A stretch of 63,719 nucleotides of DNA, filler included, from Octopus bimaculoides (taxonomy: Eukaryota): assembly GCF_001194135.2 (NCBI RefSeq). It is 6 parts of 5 records of this genome, joined end to end, with 100 filler letters (N's around TTAATTAATTAA, not from the genome) between each part and the next. Parts side by side here need not be neighbours in the genome. Positions count along the whole stretch, not along the records: positions 56,912 to 63,719 come from NC_068992.1; 5 more parts are not named here. One strand, written 5' to 3'. Position 1 is the stretch's first letter. Every line of letters begins with the position of its first letter. This document shows, piece by piece, positions 60,535-63,719 of this stretch. Below the pieces are notes generated by a model. It was not told the DNA's origin. It worked only from the letters and a program-made list of their open reading frames with translations, and did no database searches. The position numbers and the translations under genes were made by a program.

Positions 60535-62053
60535 ATGACTTATGATCAGTGAAAAATTGTAAAATGTCGCCCTACTAAAAAATGTTGAAAAAGTTTCAGA
60601 ACTAAATAAGCAGCTAAGAGTTCTCTTTCAAAGTTGCTGTAGCTATCGTTTCTGCTGGTTTTAAGAGCTTGGAAGAAGAAAAAAAAACAGAAAATGGTGT
60701 AGATCGCTTTCCTCTGCTCAGCTGAGATTCAAAACCAAATCCAAACACCAGTTGCTTGTCAGACGAATGTTTGATCCTTTGTGTCTTATGTCTATGCTGG
60801 AAGATTAAGGAGAATAATCTAACCTCCGAGACCTTCTGTGGTCATGGAACAGTCAATCCTTTGTTTTAGGTTTGACCTACTTCCTGGCTAAACCTTATAT
60901 AACCAAATGAGGTGTTCGCTTCTTTCTCTTCGGGTTTTCAACCAGCTAGCCAAGAGCATCTTTTAGCTGAATGGGAAGGGTCAATGTAATTCTTATCTTT
61001 CTTCCTCTCAGATAGCAGACTGTTAACTTGGCTTCCACATCCTGTTTCAGACACACACTAAGAGCTTGCAAACAGCACACATTGTTGTCATTGTCACTTA
61101 CTACAATTACTGCTTTGTTTGTGTTACAGACCACTGTCCTCAAATGAAGTCTGTGAATATAATTCATTTCTCTTCGATGTCATTACAGTTTCATCCTACT
61201 TGTGACCATCTACATATAGCTACCCCGATGCAGAACAAGAAATGTTATTTCTACATCAAGTAACTTCTCATTGGTACACTACAATTGATGATGCCGGCGT
61301 AAAACCACATCAGTATGTTACAGTGGTTGCCAAGCATTTTGAACAAATCACTGCAATTCCTCTCCGATTCTAATGCCAGATGCATCTACCATCAATGATA
61401 ATGGTGCATCTGGGATCGAGTCGGCTAAAAGTGTAGCTTTAGTTAACTTGTCTTTAATATCCTCGAAAGATTGCAGTTCAGCCGAATTTAATGATATTTC
61501 ATTAATTTTTTAAACAACATGATAATTCATTTAGAGGAAAAATTGTTTCAGTACACGGTTGAATAAATCTTCTGTAGAAGTTAATAAGCCCTAGAAATTC
61601 TCATAACTTCCTTAACGAAGCAGGAACTGGAATATCAAGAATAACATCAACCTTTTCTTTTAAAGGACTAATTCCATTTTTGTTAATGACTTGTCCCAAA
61701 AATGTGATGGAAGAAATGCCAAACAGACATTTATTGAGATTAGCTATTACACCAAATCAAGTAAAAAGTTATTCCAAATGAAGAAAATATTACTCCTCTG
61801 TAGGGCTAGTAATTAATAAGTCATCAATGTAGGAAAAAACAAAATCTAAAACATGAAAGACCTCATCAATAAACCTTTGGAAGATATTAGCAGCATTAGT
61901 TGAGAAGATGGCTTTACGCCTAAGAAATTTGAAAAGTCCAAAAGCTGTTGCAGCTGTTTTAGGAATGTCATCTGATTTAATCAGAATTTGGTTGTAGGCA
62001 CGTACTAAATAAAACTTCAAAAAGACAGTACTGTAAAGAAGCTGAAAAGTCAT
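60535..62053 (-). mobile_element. Heavily decayed Gypsy pol fragments (RT and apparently two RNase H remnants)
   Basis: LVRAYNQI..DDIPKTA..FGLFKF...FSYIDDLLITS; FLGLINFYRRF; LSLMVDASG...WQPL; a separate RELLAAYLVLKLFQHF...FTIFTDHKSL at ~60535-60660. Confidence 0.72.
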
Positions 62054-62178
62054 GAATATGTGAAATAAGTGACATTAATGGTCAAGGAACTGACCAGAAG
62101 AGAAAGCAAGAGAGGGGAAGTGGGGGGAGAGAGGTGAACGTCGGCCTATTTTTGCCCGCTGGAGGCATCGTGAATGGC

Positions 62179-62625
62179 TGTCAGGGAAATCGCTCCCAGG
62201 TTGGTCAGATAGCAGCTGCTTACACTGGGTGACAGTGGTAGGGCAGGATCGCCGGAGAGATTACTGCTAGACAGGCCTCGACAAGAGGTAGGTGAGCCTC
62301 TTCATTTCCCACACATGACAAGCTATTTCAGCAATAGTTGTCCCCTAATATATGATGGCAGTGAAGATAAGAATCGGCAGTGATGTCATCAGCCCTTTCT
62401 ATGGTGAAGGAGATGTAGTAGCTTGGATTTGAAAGGTCAAAGTTGTGGCCAGGCTACAAGGCATCAAAGATGTAGCAAGCCTCATGGTGCTGTATTTGGA
62501 GGGGAGTGCACTGGCACTGTACCTCAAAATGAATGAAGAACAACTGAGCATGGAAAAGACTGAGTTACACTTGAGAGAGGCTTACACAGAGGGAGAATAC
62601 ACTGCTTTTGCTAAGCTGGGAACCT
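62179..62625 (+). mobile_element. Second Gypsy family: probable LTR end/PBS and gag start
   Basis: TGTCAGGG...CCCCTAATA, then TGATGGCAG, then PFYGEGDVVAWI*KVKVVARLQGIKDVASLMVLYLEGSALALYL...AFAKLG, a gag-like reading. LTR limits are uncertain. Confidence 0.55.
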
Positions 62626-63637
62626 CATTCTCTTCCTCTTCCTCGTCTCCACAATCATCATCTGATGAAGTGACAATCCTACAAACATCTAAGACATGAC
62701 ATGACATTCCATCCACAGTAATGTTGTTTTTGGAATTGACAGCCATCAATGTTCCTGTTCCACTGAGTTGTGCAGCATACCTTTGGTAACTTGACCCAGT
62801 CTTCATCTCCCACCTCCATGAAAACAGGCCTTCTCTCTTCTACAGGGCATCTCGATGGTTTACTCAGATGACGCCATTCATATTTGAATATCGCTCTATG
62901 TGGCACAGACTCATCGGCCTGACCTGATTGGGGTGACATGTACCAGAATACTGCTTCCAGCAGTGAGACGTGTCCCCTCTCTGCCACGGCCTTGATTATT
63001 CAATGATGTTTCTCAACGATCCCATTTCCACTCAGCCTGTATGCCACTCTGAAAAAGTGGTGCACTTTCCACCTGTCAAGCATCTCCTTCAGCGCTTCTG
63101 AACGAAACACTGTGTTGTTGTCCATCAGCAATTGTCCACAGGACCCTGCTCTAAGAATACATGCCATTTTGCCTGCTTGACAGGTGGAACGTGTACTGCT
63201 TTTTTAGGACAGTATACAGGCCAAGTGGAAATGGGGTCATGGAGAGACATCACCGAACAATCAAGGCCATGGTGGAGAGGTGACATGTCTCACTGCTGGA
63301 AGCAGTATTCTGGTACATGTCACCCCGATCAGGTCAGGCCAAAGACTCCGTGCCACATAGAGCAATATTCAAATATGAATGGCAGCATCCGAGTAAACCA
63401 TCGAGATGCCCTGCAGAAGAGAGAGGGCCTGTCTTCATGGAGGTGGGAGATGAAGTCTGGGTCAAGCCACCAAAGGCATGCTGCACAACTCAGTGGAACA
63501 GAGGAATAGTGATGGCTGTCAATTCCAAAAACATTTGTGGATGGAATGCCACATCATGTCTTAGATGTTTGTAAGATTGTTGCTTCATAGGATGATGAAT
63601 ATGGAGAAGAGGAAGAGATTGAGGTTCCCAGTTTAAG
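62611..63637. mobile_element. Two Gypsy integrase C-terminal fragments in inverted orientation
   Basis: LLMDN...SGNG(I/V)xE(R/K)HHxxIK...LLEAVFWY...VPHRAIFKYEW on the - strand (62611-63160) and + strand (63174-63637). Confidence 0.85.
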
Positions 63638-63719
63638 ATTTCAACATGCAAGGCGCTCACCCAGGTGGGTGGTAGATTTTGACATGGAGTGAAGTGAGGA
63701 GGTGATTTTTTAGATCAGG

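Overview
AT-rich, microsatellite-dense, gapped eukaryotic genomic DNA. The SINE families, RTE-type LINEs with (GAT)n tails and (TA)/(CA) tracts suggest a cephalopod, probably Octopus; this is an inference, not a database result. The only well-supported host gene content is two consecutive + strand exons (3897-4304, 12390-12638) that splice in frame into a PARP9/14/15-like macrodomain; no further exon was recognised. The rest is a mosaic of decayed mobile elements: RTE, L1/Tx1-like and restriction-like-endonuclease (R4/Dong-type) LINE fragments, three Penelope-like GIY-YIG fragments, Tc1, mariner and DD37D (maT) transposons, a Helitron Rep fragment, several Gypsy pieces and many tRNA-head SINEs. 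Signals not shown by the ORF track include a Penelope-type minimal hammerhead ribozyme motif (54830-54877, - strand) with a decayed relative at 52858-52902, a pre-miRNA-like hairpin (46712-46790), a cryptic ~11-bp periodic repeat (~31830-32490), two long foldback elements and a ~470-bp inverted Gypsy integrase pair. Long ORFs over N runs or microsatellites are artefacts. All alignments and folds were done by eye, so repeat boundaries are approximate.
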